A stretch of DNA of 64,000 bases from Eledone cirrhosa (GCA_964016885.1 OZ024742.1:143096001-143160000), one strand, 5' to 3'. Counted from the stretch's first letter, positions 39,890 through 55,134 are shown. The notes: generated by a model from the letters alone, not told the origin. Numbers and translations are program-made.

Positions 39890-40122
39890 AAGATGGTCAA
39901 GACCCCGATGGCAGAGCTTAAGCCGTTTCGACGGCTATTTCTGGACCCATGTACCAAGTACTCACATGATTAATGGTCTCCTCGTCCAGAATTAGCTGTC
40001 GAAACGGCTTGAGCTCTCCCGTTAGGGTCTTGCCCATCTTCCTATTACCCACTCTACTACCCTAAGTATTGAGTACTCTGGTTCATTATGGTCCATCTGT
40101 TTCCTTACCACACTTACTTCGT

Positions 40123-40125
<3 letters not shown>
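39886..40125 (+). mobile_element. Palindromic Penelope-like mini-element, family 1, copy D, with a foreign spacer
   Basis: The arms flank ccatgtaccaagtactcacatgattaatggtctcct, which matches 36827-36862. Confidence 0.8.
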
Positions 40126-40189
<64 letters not shown>

Positions 40190-40393
40190 CTATATATATA
40201 TACAGCTACATACATTTTTGTAATAATATACCCACGAAAATTGTATTTCCCCACCTTATCCCAAGTTATTTGAAGGCGTTACACGTGTTTACATATATGA
40301 AATTACGAGTAATGCATAATAACATAAATACTCTCAACTCCTACATTTTCTGTTGATTGCTCTTTTTTTTTAGTTCTTACAGACACCTATATA

Positions 40394-40449
<56 letters not shown>

Positions 40450-40520
40450 TATGTGTGTGTGTTGTTTGTTTTTCTTATTATAAGAGTAAGGGTGAAGCGT
40501 TCCAAATAAATATACACACT

Positions 40521-40603
<83 letters not shown>

Positions 40604-40635
40604 ATACATACGTATACAAGCACATGCAAGCGCAC

Positions 40636-40720
<85 letters not shown>

Positions 40721-43700
40721 TATATATATATATGTATATGTATGATTATATATCTATACATGTGTTCACATATTCGATTCTATCCTTTATATGCAAAATT
40801 ATGCGTCATCAAACTCGGTTTGCTCGAGCGGGAACATCCTATTCTCGGTGTCTATAGTTGAACCAATTTCCATATACCAATAAATACTTCGAATAAATTA
40901 AAAAAAAAATCTAATGGGTGGCATAGAATAACAACTTAACAAACTTAAAACTTTCTAGTCCAGACATTTCAGGAACGATAGTCATATCAGGTACATTTAT
41001 TTGGTGGTACAGTACATATATCTCAAATATAATTAGATTCTAATTATGAATGCGTTTCAATTACAAGTTCAGTATTAATGAAGATCATTCTGGAATCTTG
41101 TTTTTGATTGCATTTTGGAATTTTAATGAATAAAAAAAATCAAATTAAATTGAACGAGTCTCATATAACAGAGAAGGCGTGAATTTAAAAGTACTTTAGT
41201 TTGTGAATAATTAACAAAAATCAGTTGCAAATGTAGCTAGATGACCTCTCAAGATAAAATAAGCGTGATTGGTTTAATTATGGTACTCAGGATCTTGTGT
41301 TGTTTTACGGTTTTCATTTTTGTTTAGCCGCCTTCTCAATTTTTACCCCTTTTTACTTATCTACATCCATCCGTTTAATAACCTTTTACTTCATGAAGCA
41401 AAAAAGAGGAGCTTTAATGCGATTGCTCGATCAGCAAGAAATAACACCCAAAGCTCCCTCAAATCACACTTGAAAAACAAAAAGGAAAACATTCAATAAT
41501 GTTGTCATAAATATCCCTAAAATGGCGGTGGATGAAGTGAGGAGTCATAACTGGAACACCTTTGATCGCAGGTTTGTTCTATAAGTGCTGGCTTTTGGCT
41601 ACAAAACACCGACAATAACATTCCCGTCATTCTCTTCTCTATTTTTTTGTTTTTTGTGTTTCTCATTCTTTTGAAAACATTTGTAAATTTCTCTTCTCGT
41701 TATTTAGCCTCCAGTCAGTTCTGATTATGTAAACCTATAATGAAACATTCCAACCATGACCATCCCATACTTTCAGACAGTTTATGTAGAATTACATGAT
41801 CAAATATATCTCTCCCTTTTTTTGTCTGTAGAAGTCAACAGAAGTTCTTATCCCACTTTAGTTCAGATGGTTTCAAACATTGTATCGCAGCACCCTTGTA
41901 CAGAGACGTGGGAAGAAGGTGGCAATATAGGAGGAGACAGTCCCCCACACGTACGGGAGTAACATTTCATCTGGCATCTCATGTCTGTGAATTAAAGTGA
42001 GGGCAGCAAAAGTGTCTTTGCCTCTCGCTATTGTATTTGTGTCGCGAATATTTTAGAAAGGTCGGAAAATGACAATTTTTTTTGAAACTTCAATGTTTGT
42101 AATACACTGCACCGGTGTATGCATATTTCACAGATACTTGTATTCCACGGAGACTTGTACTATTAAAGTAATAGGTAGGCAGACCAGTGGAATAAAGATG
42201 GCTCTTAGAATTACAGGTACATTGTTTTGTTTCTACATAGCTGAGTATTTATTATACAATACTTTGTTTTCTTAACGCATTCCTTAGGTAGAACCAGCGC
42301 CATATTGTACGAGACAAAATTGACCCTTTAAATTATATAGTGATGTAGTAAGCACATTAATTAAAAATACACCTTAACTGATAAAATCATCATTACCTAA
42401 TTCTGACAATTCTGACAAAAAGGTGTGAGTTAGACAACCTTAAGATTTTAATTAAAATTAAGTAAATATGCAATGCAGTGGGATGTGAGTCTGATTTTTA
42501 ACTCTGTGTTGACAGCCCCGGACATATACCATTTTATTAGACCTCATTAGTAGGGTATTGTCTATCAGTAACTGAAGATCTTAAAGGACTAGAGAAGTAT
42601 ATAGGAATTTTGCAAATGAACACTGCTGAGTGAGGTGGGAGAATGCCTTCTAAACTATGGTTGGCTTCCACACAATCTCCATCAGACAAATTTCCCTCAT
42701 AAAGGTTGAAAAGGCCCCGCAGTGGTATCGTACTCGAAATCTCATAATTGCAAGGTGAACGTTTTAACAATTCAGCAATATCTGCGCCCATTTTCTGAAT
42801 ATAGCACTGAAATCAACATAGTTCGGTTCAGATAATTGATGAAATGAAGTGTTGAATCTTCGGAGAATATAACTTAGGTTACACCGATTTCCTTTTCTAG
42901 AGAGGAATAATTTGTTTTTGTCTATATAACACCATTAAACACCTGACTAAGTTTCAGCTTTATGATCACCTGTGGATTATATAAAGATTTATCATTTAGC
43001 AATGTAATTAATTAGATTATCAGTCGTAATGTATTTTTTTATGGTTTGGTCTTTAGAAAAAATATTAACCACATCGGTCTGAGTGGAGATAAATACTTCC
43101 TGGGCCTTCTAGGATCAGTTGATCTAGTTGATGTTTGTCATGAAAAATTGCAAAACAATGACTGACCCCCCCCCCCCCCGCCTAAAAAACAAAAACGAAG
43201 ATAAGTAAGGAATTCCAGATGGTCGACGTTATAGAAAGGGTTGGGTACGGTGTTTCACGCGCAGCCTTTTGTGGTAGATACAATATAGGTGACAGGAGAA
43301 GCAAAGGTGAGGAAAGGGAGTTAACTGAGCCTGGTTCAATGACATTAGAACAGCAATTTCAAAGATTGTAGTAGCGTTAGAAAAGGCAGAAGGAGGAGAC
43401 AGCAATATAATAACTGTTATGATAGCGAGCTCTAAAGAAACCCAATACTATTAACTACTATATACATTACAAAAGCAATTTTTTGTATATTGATAACGAG
43501 AAGCCAAAAAAAAAAAAAAAAAAAAAATAAAATAAGGATTCTTAAAAATAATTAAGCTTAATATAATGTAATGAAACGCCAGCCAGCGACAGAACGTTCT
43601 CAAATGAGTTTCACATTCATAGGACTCCTTTTACAAATGTGGTGCTTTAATTATAGCTTGATTACCTTCTAAAACGAGGTCTCGATAAACGCTAGGATAA

Positions 43701-45221
43701 TTATGAAGTTAGCCTCTCAACAAGTGTAGGTCATGGTGCAGGAATGGAATTTTAGAGATCGTTTTCCTTATTAAAATAGTCAAGCAATATCAAATGATAT
43801 TCTGTCTGGCTTTCAACGACTAGTCAGTCAGTCGGATTGCCTTTGAGAGCATAGTTGGAGTTCGACATTTTTTAATGTCATTAATACTAGATTTGGCAAT
43901 GGTAAATACATTTATTCTTAATTAGTAAGCTTTGACCGTAACTTAGAAGTTTACGTCATTACCCACTCACAAATTTAGATTCACTTTCTTTACCTCGCTT
44001 TTTTAAATACGTAAACAGAAGAGAATAAGTAAAAATATCAACAAAATCCATATCTTCAATTATTAGCACCCTAGTGTCACCAAAAACTGGCTCTTTGGAT
44101 TAGTTTGTGCCCCACTCTAGGGAAATAACATCTGCTTTTTCTTTTACAGTCATCTGTTATCTCTTCTTCAGCATTCATTTAACAACAGTTATATTTTTTA
44201 GGGCAAAATATCTTTTGTTTTTGTACAGGAGCACGAAAAAGACATTGTGGGAAAAAAAAGCTTTTTAAACAGCCAAAACTAACGAATCAACGAGAAGGCT
44301 TCTACGTGGTTGCAATAACGTGCTAGAAATAGTAGTGAACTTTCCATCAAATCGTACCCTAATACCATAAATATGGTAGAAATTTCCCGGCAACGACGGG
44401 CTGCTCTGTTGGTGGCATATATAATTATAAGACATATAGAAACATAGTTATATATAACAGAACGTAAACAAATATATACTATAAACCAATAGAAACTGTT
44501 TGTGAGAGTTAAGATGAGAGTGAAGAGTGGAATTAAAGGAAATCCAAGTGTGTATATATGTTCTACTGGGCTAAGGTCCAGTAGAACAGATATGTCCAGG
44601 CATATATTTTAAATAATATATTTAGATTGAAGTGCTATAAGCATTTTCTTTTTTTTTATCTAAATAGCACCAGGTGGTGCTATTAAGTTAAACATGGCCT
44701 GGGACAATGCTAGCCGAAACCTATCAAATTTATCAAAGCTAGTTGTGAGCCTTGATGCAAGTTTAATATACATTAATATGTTTATTTTTTAAATATTTAT
44801 AAATCAACTCTAAACTTACTGCAAATGTTTCGATGAGTTCTATTTTATATCAGGAAAAGAACTATTTGACTAGCGATAGAGTCTTCACTTACTAACATTA
44901 ATACAACTACTAGTTCGTCTACATTCCCTGTCCATTCTCTCTATATTTCATTGCTACTCTTGATACTGTTGCTGCAACTTTTTCTGTTCCTCTGCGAAAG
45001 CAAGCTGTGTACCATACACACGTCATTGTTTCTATACACTGAACAGTTTCAACCAGTTCCTGTTCCCAACTGCAGCTCTCTGGAGCTGAATCTCCTGCTG
45101 AATCTCCTGCTCGCTGTTCCTCTCGCGGGTATTAATATGCAGAAGGTTTTAGCGAATAATTGAATACCAAGAGAATTGAGCTCACCCGACAGAGAATAAT
45201 ACATATATGTGTATATATATA

Positions 45222-45432
<211 letters not shown>

Positions 45433-46990
45433 GAACCTAATTCAAACTAATCTAACAGCAACTTATAATCACTGTTAACATAGTCTTTTTAATTTGTGTA
45501 TAAAAAATACGTTTTTCTAAACCATCTGCTAATGCAGGACTATCGGTGATTTCCCTGAAGATATGTATAAACATATGTACTACATTTTAGCAAATTATTA
45601 TTATCATTTTTGACAAGATTTGTAACTAGGAATTGGAGCTTTGTGAAAATGTTAAACAATGCGAATAATGGGCCAAGTGAGAATTAACTACAAGTGTTAC
45701 TGTAAGAAAATGCTATTTTTTATTTTTATTTTTACAAAATCCCTCCAAAACAAAATGAAATCAACATTTTACCACGTTTGAAAGCTTTTAATGGAGATGT
45801 GTTGATATAATGCATTTTGAATCCAACTAAACCGTCAGAGCTAATTTGTTTTCATGTTTATAGGATTTGAGGAAGTAATGAGTTTTGTTTAAGATCGTGA
45901 TGATATGAAAGAATTTCGGTTGAAGCTTTTTTTCTTCAAAGGACGTTTTTGTTTTCTCTCCATAGTAATAACCGCAGCTGTAAAGAAATCAACACATTAT
46001 AGAGTGAATACTTTATCCGTATTCTTTTAATGAATCCAAAAGTTACCTATTACACACAAGATGCTATAAATTTATTCAAGATATTTAATGCTCATTGTAT
46101 ATGAAGTTTCTGTTCCTTTGATTTTTTTTCCTTTTCTTTTCGTTCGTTTTATATAAAGTGAAAGGTGTGAAAGAAAATGTAGGTCCCTAAAATGTGTACT
46201 ACAGTACAGTACTACAGTGTGAAAGAAAATGTAGGTCCCTAAAATGTCTACTACAGTAGAAGGATAGCATAGGTATTATTAGTTTCCTCGCCTCTTTAAA
46301 CAGGTGCTGAACAGAAACGAAACCAAAAAACAAAGTTAAAATCGAAAAGACGACAGTTTCTAGAAGCTGGTATGTGCAAAAAAAAAAAAAAAAAAAAAAG
46401 GAAAAGGAACAAAATAATTTGAAAAATAAAACATAAAAAAATAAATTGAAAAAATAAAGAAAACAAAAACAAAATAAGACAACACAAACCCGGATTTATG
46501 TAAGGGTGGGGATACAGAGCAGCATCACTAATGGTTTTCGTAGTCAAAGCATTTTACAGGGTGGAGTAACGGGCTCCACGTGTGAAGCCGAGGAACATTC
46601 CAAGATACTCTTGTCATTCATGACTCACCTTTATATTAGGGTGGGGTTTCACAACGGTTACAAACTGAGAAATATACGTGTGTTTATATTTGTATTTTTT
46701 AATATTTATATGTTTATATTAATGAAATTGTGTATGTATATTTACTTATTAATGAATTTATGACTTTGTACGTTTGTTATTCAGTATATGTGTGTTGGTA
46801 TGTGCCTTAGCCCTTGTCTACATGCTCAGGCATGAAGTTATGGGCGCGGCTATGCCTACTCTATGAACACACACAGATGAATAACATAGATATAATGTAT
46901 ACAGGACTGCGCGCGTACGTACATGTGAGTGTACATGTGTGTAAGCATTTCACTTAATTTATTATTATATATATTTCAATACACACACAC

Positions 46991-47060
<70 letters not shown>

Positions 47061-47752
47061 TAATACACACACACGTATGTATATATATATATATATATTG
47101 GTAAACGGAAAAGAAAATGCTGACGAATTGTTCACTGTGAAAAATAGTTTAATTAGGAATAAGTGAGAATTAGTAATAGTATTGGTTAGTATTCAGTTTT
47201 GGTTTTAAGTTTTACCGGTTGCGCATTTCTAATGCTATTCAAAAATAATTTTGAGATAGAGCGTCCGTGATGTTTGCTCTGATCTGATTAGTTTTGGGAA
47301 TTTTACCTGTTTTTATGTTAAAAAAGTGGCTCCAGCGGTATTAAAATAAGTTTTGCGCCAATTCTTGTTGCAAAAATTTTTGTGGTCAAAACAATTTTGA
47401 TTGGTCGGTAGAGATCATGTGAATGTAAAACATTGATTTTGTGCCAAATGTAGGTTTGTGTTGGCTGATTGAGAAGTCACTGAGAAATAAGTCTTTCACA
47501 ACAAATATGTGTGTGTGTGTGTGTGTGTGTGCGTGTGTAGTAGTAGTAAAGAGGTTCGTTGTTGTGATAATGGTCAGCAGGGATGTGTGTGCGAACCGCA
47601 GCCTGTTGACAGTTCAAATGCCTATTAAGACAAGTGTGTGTGTAGCAGAGTAATTCGTGGTAGAGGGATGGTCAGTAGGAATGTGTCTGTAAGTGTGTGG
47701 GGGATATTTTAACATGTTAAAAGATATTTTTCAGCTCTTGTCTTATACGGAG

Positions 47753-47820
<68 letters not shown>

Positions 47821-47873
47821 TAATGTACGCGTGTGTATGTGTGTGTGTATATATGTGTGTGTGTGTGTGAGAA

Positions 47874-47904
<31 letters not shown>

Positions 47905-47959
47905 ACATTATTCGATATTTCCAGTAAAATCGATTCTCTCAATAGAACATCAAAAACCT

Positions 47960-49457
47960 TAATAATAAAAGGTCTGAAATGATATATAGTATTGGCATAA
48001 TACCAAGGTGTGTGTGAGTGTGTTCAGATTGTACGTACTGCAAGGGGGATCCATTAGGCCTTGCCGTATTGGAATACTTGTGCACAAATATGTATCTGGA
48101 GTGTGTTCAGAAATTGTATACCTGTGCACAAATTGTATACTTGTGCACAAATTGTACACATGTATCTGGAGTGTGTCCAGAAATTGTATACCTGTGTACA
48201 AATATGTATCTGGAGTGTGTCCAGACTGTACGTACTGCAAGGGGAATTCATTAGGCCTTGCCGTATTGGAATACTTGTGCACAAATATGTATGTGCCCAT
48301 CAGTGTGCAATGCATGTGCGCGTTTATGTATGTGTGTGTGTCGGCACGTTTATATCTATAGACATCAAAAGGTATGCAAATTTGTGTATATTTGTGTTGC
48401 ACCATAGAACATGTGTGTTTACGTATGTCATTGTGTTTATATGTGGGTAGAGATGTATGCTGATGTAGGTATGTATGTTGACGTGTGTATGTTGTGGGTT
48501 CGTCTTAGGGTGAAGTGTTTAGACGGGGTCCGTATTTGTTAATAAAGTAAGATTCCTTGCTGATGCGCTGGGTGTGGGTGGCATTATCTTTAAATTTGTA
48601 GAGGGGAAAGATTCTGAAGTTGGGATGATTTTGGGCGGCACAGGTATCAATGTGTTCACTCAGTGGTATTTTCCTGTATTCACGTATTTTAATTTGGGAT
48701 CTATGGACAGTCATGCGTTGGCGGAGGCTGTTTTTGGTCTGGCCTATGTATTGTTCTCGACAATCTGAGCAAGTTAATACATATATTAGATTTTCTGATG
48801 CGCATGTGAATTGTGTTTTACTATAAAACGTTGTCCTTCTTTGAAATAGAATTCCGAACCCTCTATTAGGTTGATGCAAATGCCACAGTTGGGTCTATCG
48901 CATTTTTTTTTACTGTGGGTTTCGTTGTTGTGGTTGGCAGTACTTTGGCATGTGTTAGGATGTTTTTCATTGACTTAGATTGTCTTTTGCTCTTTATGAT
49001 ATCGTGTGTTCGTAGGATTTGGTTCATTCTATGGTCCTTTTTCAACACAGGGATGTTCTGGAGGATGGTGTCAAAGGCCTCATTGTTGAGGGGGTTGTGT
49101 GTGGAGATGTATGGAAGAGCTTTTAGTTTCGGTTGATTTACTTTAGGGTGTCTAAGGTCCTGGGTACTGAGTTTTAGGGCACGTTGGATTCCATTGTCAA
49201 TTAGTGATGCAGGGTAGTCCCTGCCTATGAGTGTGTCCTTTAGTTCTTGTAGCCGTAAGTAGCAGGTGTTTTTATTGGAGACTATAGTACAGATTCTCTC
49301 GTCTAAGTTGTAGGGAATATTAATTTTAACGTGTCTAGGGTGGCAAGAGTTGAAAGGAAAATATTGCTTGGAGTCTGTGGGCTTGTAGTATATGTCTGTT
49401 TCTATTTTTTTGTTATGGATCTTAATGAGGATGTCGAGGAAGGGGAATTGTTGATGG
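47960..49457 (-). mobile_element. Penelope-like element (Neptune-like), 5'-truncated: RT thumb and GIY-YIG, frameshifted
   Basis: PFLDI...TDIYYKPTDSKQY...SCHP, then NLIYVLTCSDCREQYIGQT...RMTVHR...E..FINKY. The 3'UTR has an internal duplication (48026-48110 and 48223-48290) and may extend to about 47100. Confidence 0.88.
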
Positions 49458-49476
49458 GTATATATATATATATATA

Positions 49477-49670
49477 TAGGAAAAAGTATAACCCCGACGG
49501 CAGAGCTCAAGCCGTTTCGACAGCTATTTCAGGACAGAAATAGCCGTCGAAACGGCTTGAGCTCTGCCGTCGGGGTCATACTTTTTCCTATTTCCCACTC
49601 TACTCCCTAAGTATTGAGTACTCTGGTGCGTTATGGTCCATCTGGTTCCTTAACACAATTCCTTTGTTAT
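49477..49670 (+). mobile_element. Palindromic Penelope-like mini-element, family 1, copy E
   Basis: Inverted arms with a 6-nt spacer aggaca; (TA)n flanks. Confidence 0.85.
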
Positions 49671-49679
49671 ATATATATA

Positions 49680-52480
49680 TATTTCGTTTCTGAATTTGTT
49701 TAGCAAGATTCTTTATCTGAAAACGTGTGTTGAAACCGATATTGTTATACTTTGGGAGGGTCATGTTGCCAATAAGAAACACACGCACCAGTTGCTTTCA
49801 CTTCAATTTATTATAAACTAGCAGCAGTACCCAGCGTTGCTTGGGTAGGTAAAATGATATCTGCTTTGATGAAAAGGTGTTGATATTAGCGACTGCTTCT
49901 CGATGACTCATCTATAGCCACACACAGGCCATGCGGGGGAGGGTGGTGATGACCACTATCAATGAGAAACGCGGGTGACTGACGAAGGGGAATGCTGGGG
50001 GAGGGAGGTAATGACCTCTAACACTAAGCCAAATTTCCTCACGCTACTTGATTGGAAACCGATGAATTCTCAAATACACAACTAAAAGCTCAGACGACGT
50101 CAGTGGCCATCGTTTTGCCTTTGACCATCTATAAGATGTGCAATGATAGGTTCTATCGTAGTATAAAAGTTGAACCAAATAAATTGATTTATGTGTGAGG
50201 TGGAGCTGAAGTTTCGAATTTGAACGAAATCGGTTGAAAATTGTGGGAGCTAGAGCCAAAAAGGCGGAAATTTGAGCGAAAAGGTGGTATTTTCGAATAT
50301 TTAAGCGGGTGCCTCGCCATTCCTGAAGAAAAATCCAAAATGTAAAGCCACTTTACGACGTGAAATAATCAGATCTAGCGTAGTGTAAAATTTGAACAGA
50401 GTAGGTTGATTAATGTGGGAGCTAGAGCCGAAAAAGTAGAAATTTGAGTCTAAAAGTGGTATTTTTTGAATATTTAAGCGGCTGCAACGCCGTCCCTCAA
50501 CAACGAATGCAAAATATAAAGCCATTACAGGATGTGTAATGATAAATTCGATTTTGCTTTAAAATTTGAACGAAATCGGTGGCAAAATGTGGCAGCTAGA
50601 GCCAAAAATCTTATTTTTCGATACCTAAAAAAAGGTGACACCCCTATCGATTTTTACCTGCAGAATGACCCCGGAATAAAAAAAAACAAACGATACGCTG
50701 ATATATAGAAAAAACTCCCCGATGACTAATCTATGAGCTTATAAAGTTTCATAAAAATCGGTCGCAAGATGTAGGCCCCTATAGGTAATACACAGACACA
50801 CAGACACACACACACACACAGACATACACACACACACATACTTAATTTTATATATATACAGATTTCCGGTTGGTTGGTTGGTTGGTTCCACAACAGGATG
50901 GTTGTTCATATATTGTCAAAGTTCTTTCGTCAACCATTCTGTGACCTCTTCAGTGACTGGGAATTCTTTTCTTTGTTTTGTGCCTCTCCTTTGTACTGTC
51001 CTACGCCATCTTGTTTTTGTGTGTGTTGTGTGCTTAGTTTGCGCATGCGTTACATTCGGGTGTCTGTGTGTGTTTTTATTTGTTTATTTATTTGTTTATT
51101 TACATGTTACTAGTTAATTGTTCTATATGTTTTCATTTTTGTCGTTAATTGTAAGTTGTGATGTTGCTATTCCATTCATGTTTTCTATTAATTTTGGTTG
51201 GAGTTCATTTATGTTTATTGCCTCTGTGATTTGTCTAAACATTGCGTCTTTTCTGTGTGTAGATTTTATTTTTATTTCTATGTTCTCTAATTTGCCCTTA
51301 TGTTCTATTTTAGCATGTTGGTGCAGTACTGATGAGTCTTTTCTATCTTGAAGTTCTCGCCAGTGTTCATTTAATCGTTCTCCTATACTACGAGCTGTCT
51401 CACCTATGTACATTATATTCTTATCTTTACATTGTCCCTCAGTATATCTTATGCTATATACTATGTTTCTAGTTTTGCAGTTAATATGGGGGTTTAGTTT
51501 ACAGATTATGCATTTCTTATCTATACAGGGAGGTTTTTGGAAAGGGTATGTATTACTAATAAGTGTTTTTATGGAGGTACCTGGTCTTTCCACTATCTTA
51601 ATATTTAGTTTATGTTTATCTAGGGCCCTTCTAAATTTGTAAGCTAATTCACCTCTATGGGTTGTATTGATGAACATTACACTCTGGTATTTATTGCTAT
51701 CACAACATGAGTTATTCTATTAACCTTATTCCTAGTTCTTTCTATTCTATTCCAAAATTTACTCCTATACAAGGGGTAGGTCCCATTTGTATCATTATTT
51801 ACCATTTTTTCCCATTTGGTTCTGGCTCCTCTATATACTCTGATTTTATCTCTTTGATTGTAACCAGAGAACTGCATACGGTGGATGAAGTGTTGTATGT
51901 GTCTCTCTAGTTCTTTGGGGTTGCACATGCGTGACACATTCCTCATCACCCTTACTAAATCCGCAATCAGTATGTTGATTTTGGTGTGATCCGAAACAGC
52001 TGAGCTTCGGTGGATCAGGTATTTGGAAGTCATGGGTTTAGCATAATGGGAATGGAGGATTTGTTTTTTGTTATTAATGGTATCTAACCAGAGCTCTGTG
52101 TCTAGTACAGGCAGTCGATGGTTGGGGTGTTTGCTTGGGTAGTCTATAGTAACTTTGATACTCTGGTGGATCGAGTTAGCTATTTGCTGGATGCTTTCCA
52201 TGGTGTTTTTCTCTAATTCCTGACTGTTCTCTAGTGGGGGTGTTTTTACTACGATGTTTATATCATCAACGTAACGGGAGTACATAATCAGGGTTAATAG
52301 CTTGTTGTCTTCTAATTGTTCTTTAAGTCTATTGTCCCACCATACCATGAATAGGTTAGCTATGTCACCTGCAATGCTAACGCCAATGGCTGCTCCCTCC
52401 TTTGGGCATATGTGTTTCCATTAAATTTGAACATATGTTCCTTAAGGGTTAGTTTTATACTGGCCCCCACCGCATGTGCA
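49680..52480 (-). mobile_element. Naiad-like Penelope element, 5'-truncated main copy, interrupted by a Helitron
   Basis: RYVDD, TIDYPSKHPNHRLPVLD, KPM...HRSSA, MQFSGY. GIY-YIG region CIDKKCIIC...NIVYSI...YIGETARSIGERLNEH. Hammerhead at about 50914-50958. 3' end at (TA)n. Confidence 0.88.
49818..50862 (-). mobile_element. Non-autonomous Helitron
   Basis: Minus strand begins TC and ends with hairpin acccaagcaacgctgggt followed by CTAG. Removing it restores ttataaa|tttccgg exactly as in the intact arm at 53634-53650, an A|T site with no TSD. Confidence 0.9.
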
Positions 52481-52489
52481 ATCATTTTA

Positions 52490-53709
52490 AACCCATGACT
52501 TCCAAATACCTGATCCACCGAAGCTCAGCTGTTTCGGATCACACCAAAATCAACATACTGATTGCGGATTTGGTACGGGTGATGAGGAACGTGTCCAGCA
52601 TGTGCAACCCCAAACAACTAGAGAGACACATACAACACTTCATCCACCGTATGCAGTTCTCTGGTTACAATCAAAGAGATAAAATCAGAGTATATAGAGG
52701 AGCCAGAACTAAATAGGAAAAAATGGTAAATAATGATACAAATGGGACCTGCCCCTTGTATAGGAGCAAATTTTGGAATAGAATAGAAAGAACTAGGAAT
52801 AAGGTTAATAGAATAACTCATGTTGTAATAGCAATACATACCAGAGTGTAATGTTCATCAATACAACCCATAGAGGTGAATTAGCTTACAAATTTAGAAG
52901 GGCCCTAGATAAACATAAACTAAATATTAAGATAGTGGAAAGACCAGGTACCTCCATAAAAAACACTTATTAGTAATACATACCCTTTCCAAAAACCTCC
53001 CTGTATAGATAAGAAATGCATAATCTGTAAACTAAACCCCCATATTAACTGCAAAACTAGAAACATAGTATATAGCATAAGATATACTGAACGGCAATGT
53101 AAAGATAAGAATATAATGTACATAGGTGAGACAGCTCGTAGCATAGGAGAACGATTAAATGAACACTGGCGAGAACTTCAAGAAAAGACTCATCAGTACT
53201 CCACCAACATGCTAAAATAGAACATAAGGGCAAATTAGAGAACATAGAAATAAAAATAAAATCTACACACAGAAAAGACGCAATGTTTAGACAAATCACA
53301 GAGGCAATAAACATAAATGAACTCCAACCAAAATTAATAGAATACATGAATGGAATAGCAACATCACAACTTACAATTAACGACAAAAATGAAAACATAT
53401 AGAACAATTAACAAATAAACAAATAAAAACACACACAGACACCCGAATGTAACGCATGCGCAAACTAAGCACACAGCACACACAAAAACAAGATGGCGTA
53501 GGACAGTACAAAGAAGAGGCACAAAACAAAGAAAAGAATTCCCAGTCACTGAAGAGGTCACAGAATGGTTGACGAAAGAACTTTGACAATATATGAACAA
53601 CCATCCTGTTGTGGAACCAACCAACCAACCAACCGGAAATTTATAATAAATTGAAGTGAAACAACTGGTGCGTGTGTTCCTTATTGGCAACATGACCCTC
53701 CCAAAGTAT

Positions 53710-53716
<7 letters not shown>
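52490..53716 (+). mobile_element. Inverted arm of the Naiad-like Penelope element (about 1.2 kb)
   Basis: Reverse complement of about 52040-50863 plus 49817-49740. Ends at aacaatat-(AT)n. Confidence 0.9.
53544..53588 (+). ncRNA. Putative minimal type I hammerhead ribozyme
   Basis: gtca-CTGAAGA-g-gtca...tgac-GAAA-gaac-TT-tgac: stem I gtca/tgac, stem II gtca/tgac, very short stem III. Confidence 0.6.
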
Positions 53717-53808
<92 letters not shown>

Positions 53809-53847
53809 CATACATACATACATATATATATATTATATTGTATTACA

Positions 53848-53987
<140 letters not shown>

Positions 53988-54010
53988 CATACATATATAT
54001 ATATATATAC

Positions 54011-54111
<101 letters not shown>

Positions 54112-54507
54112 TGTATTACAATATAATATATATATATATATAATATACATGCACGCGTGCGCAAATCCACAAACATATACACACACAATATATATACATA
54201 TGCTTTTTTGTTTTTCTTACTATAAGAGTAAGGGAGAAGCGTTCCAAATAAGTATACACACTCACACATGTGCACACACACACATGCACACACAAAAACC
54301 CACGCATATTCGATGAGAATTTGAAGAAATTACGGAAGAAGTTTACCCCTGATTATATATTCTCTTGTGTGATTATGCATTAGTTCTTGTCTGTAAGTGT
54401 ATGCTATACATTTCATATTTATGTGAATAGCAAGTAAATTATATTTCCTCAATAACACACACGCAGTCACAGATATGCACTTGTTCACACGTACACACAT
54501 ACACACG

Positions 54508-54632
<125 letters not shown>

Positions 54633-55134
54633 ATACACACACATATACACTCACATACACACATACTCATTCATAAATGAAATAAAAATGAAAATACTGC
54701 GATAAAATTCTTAAAGGAGTGGCATATTTTATTGTAATTCAAAAGAATCAATTATAGAACTAAACTGAAGCTAGAGAGAAAGAGATTGTGGAGTTATTTA
54801 TACCAAACAAAGAGTGTTCTTATAAATATCAATGCCTTGAATAGCATATTGCACCAGAACAGATCGGAACTCTTTTTATTAAAGCCGCCGTGATGGAAAA
54901 GTTTGAATAAGGCGCAGGTATTAAAACATAGTGAATCCTTATATAAACTTAAAAGTATAAAGACACAATATCAAGTTTGCCATTGCGTATTCTTAGCAAA
55001 GAAATATTTTTAGCGATGGTGCATTTCTCACGCGAATTTTTGACAAGCTCTACTCATGTCGTAAATGATAGTTATTTTAATTATTCTTTGTAGTTGTAAC
55101 ATTAAAGACATTTTTTTTTCATTTAGTTCCATGA

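Noticed and set aside
44930-45130. Possible coiled-coil coding exon on the minus strand
   Set aside because: Frames are broken by stops, with no splice support or recognisable domain.
46160-46260. Two-copy direct repeat of about 45 bp
   Set aside because: Ordinary local tandem duplication.
51123-52348. Selenocysteine recoding as reported for some Naiad elements
   Set aside because: No in-frame TGA at Cys positions in the preserved region, and no convincing SECIS seen.
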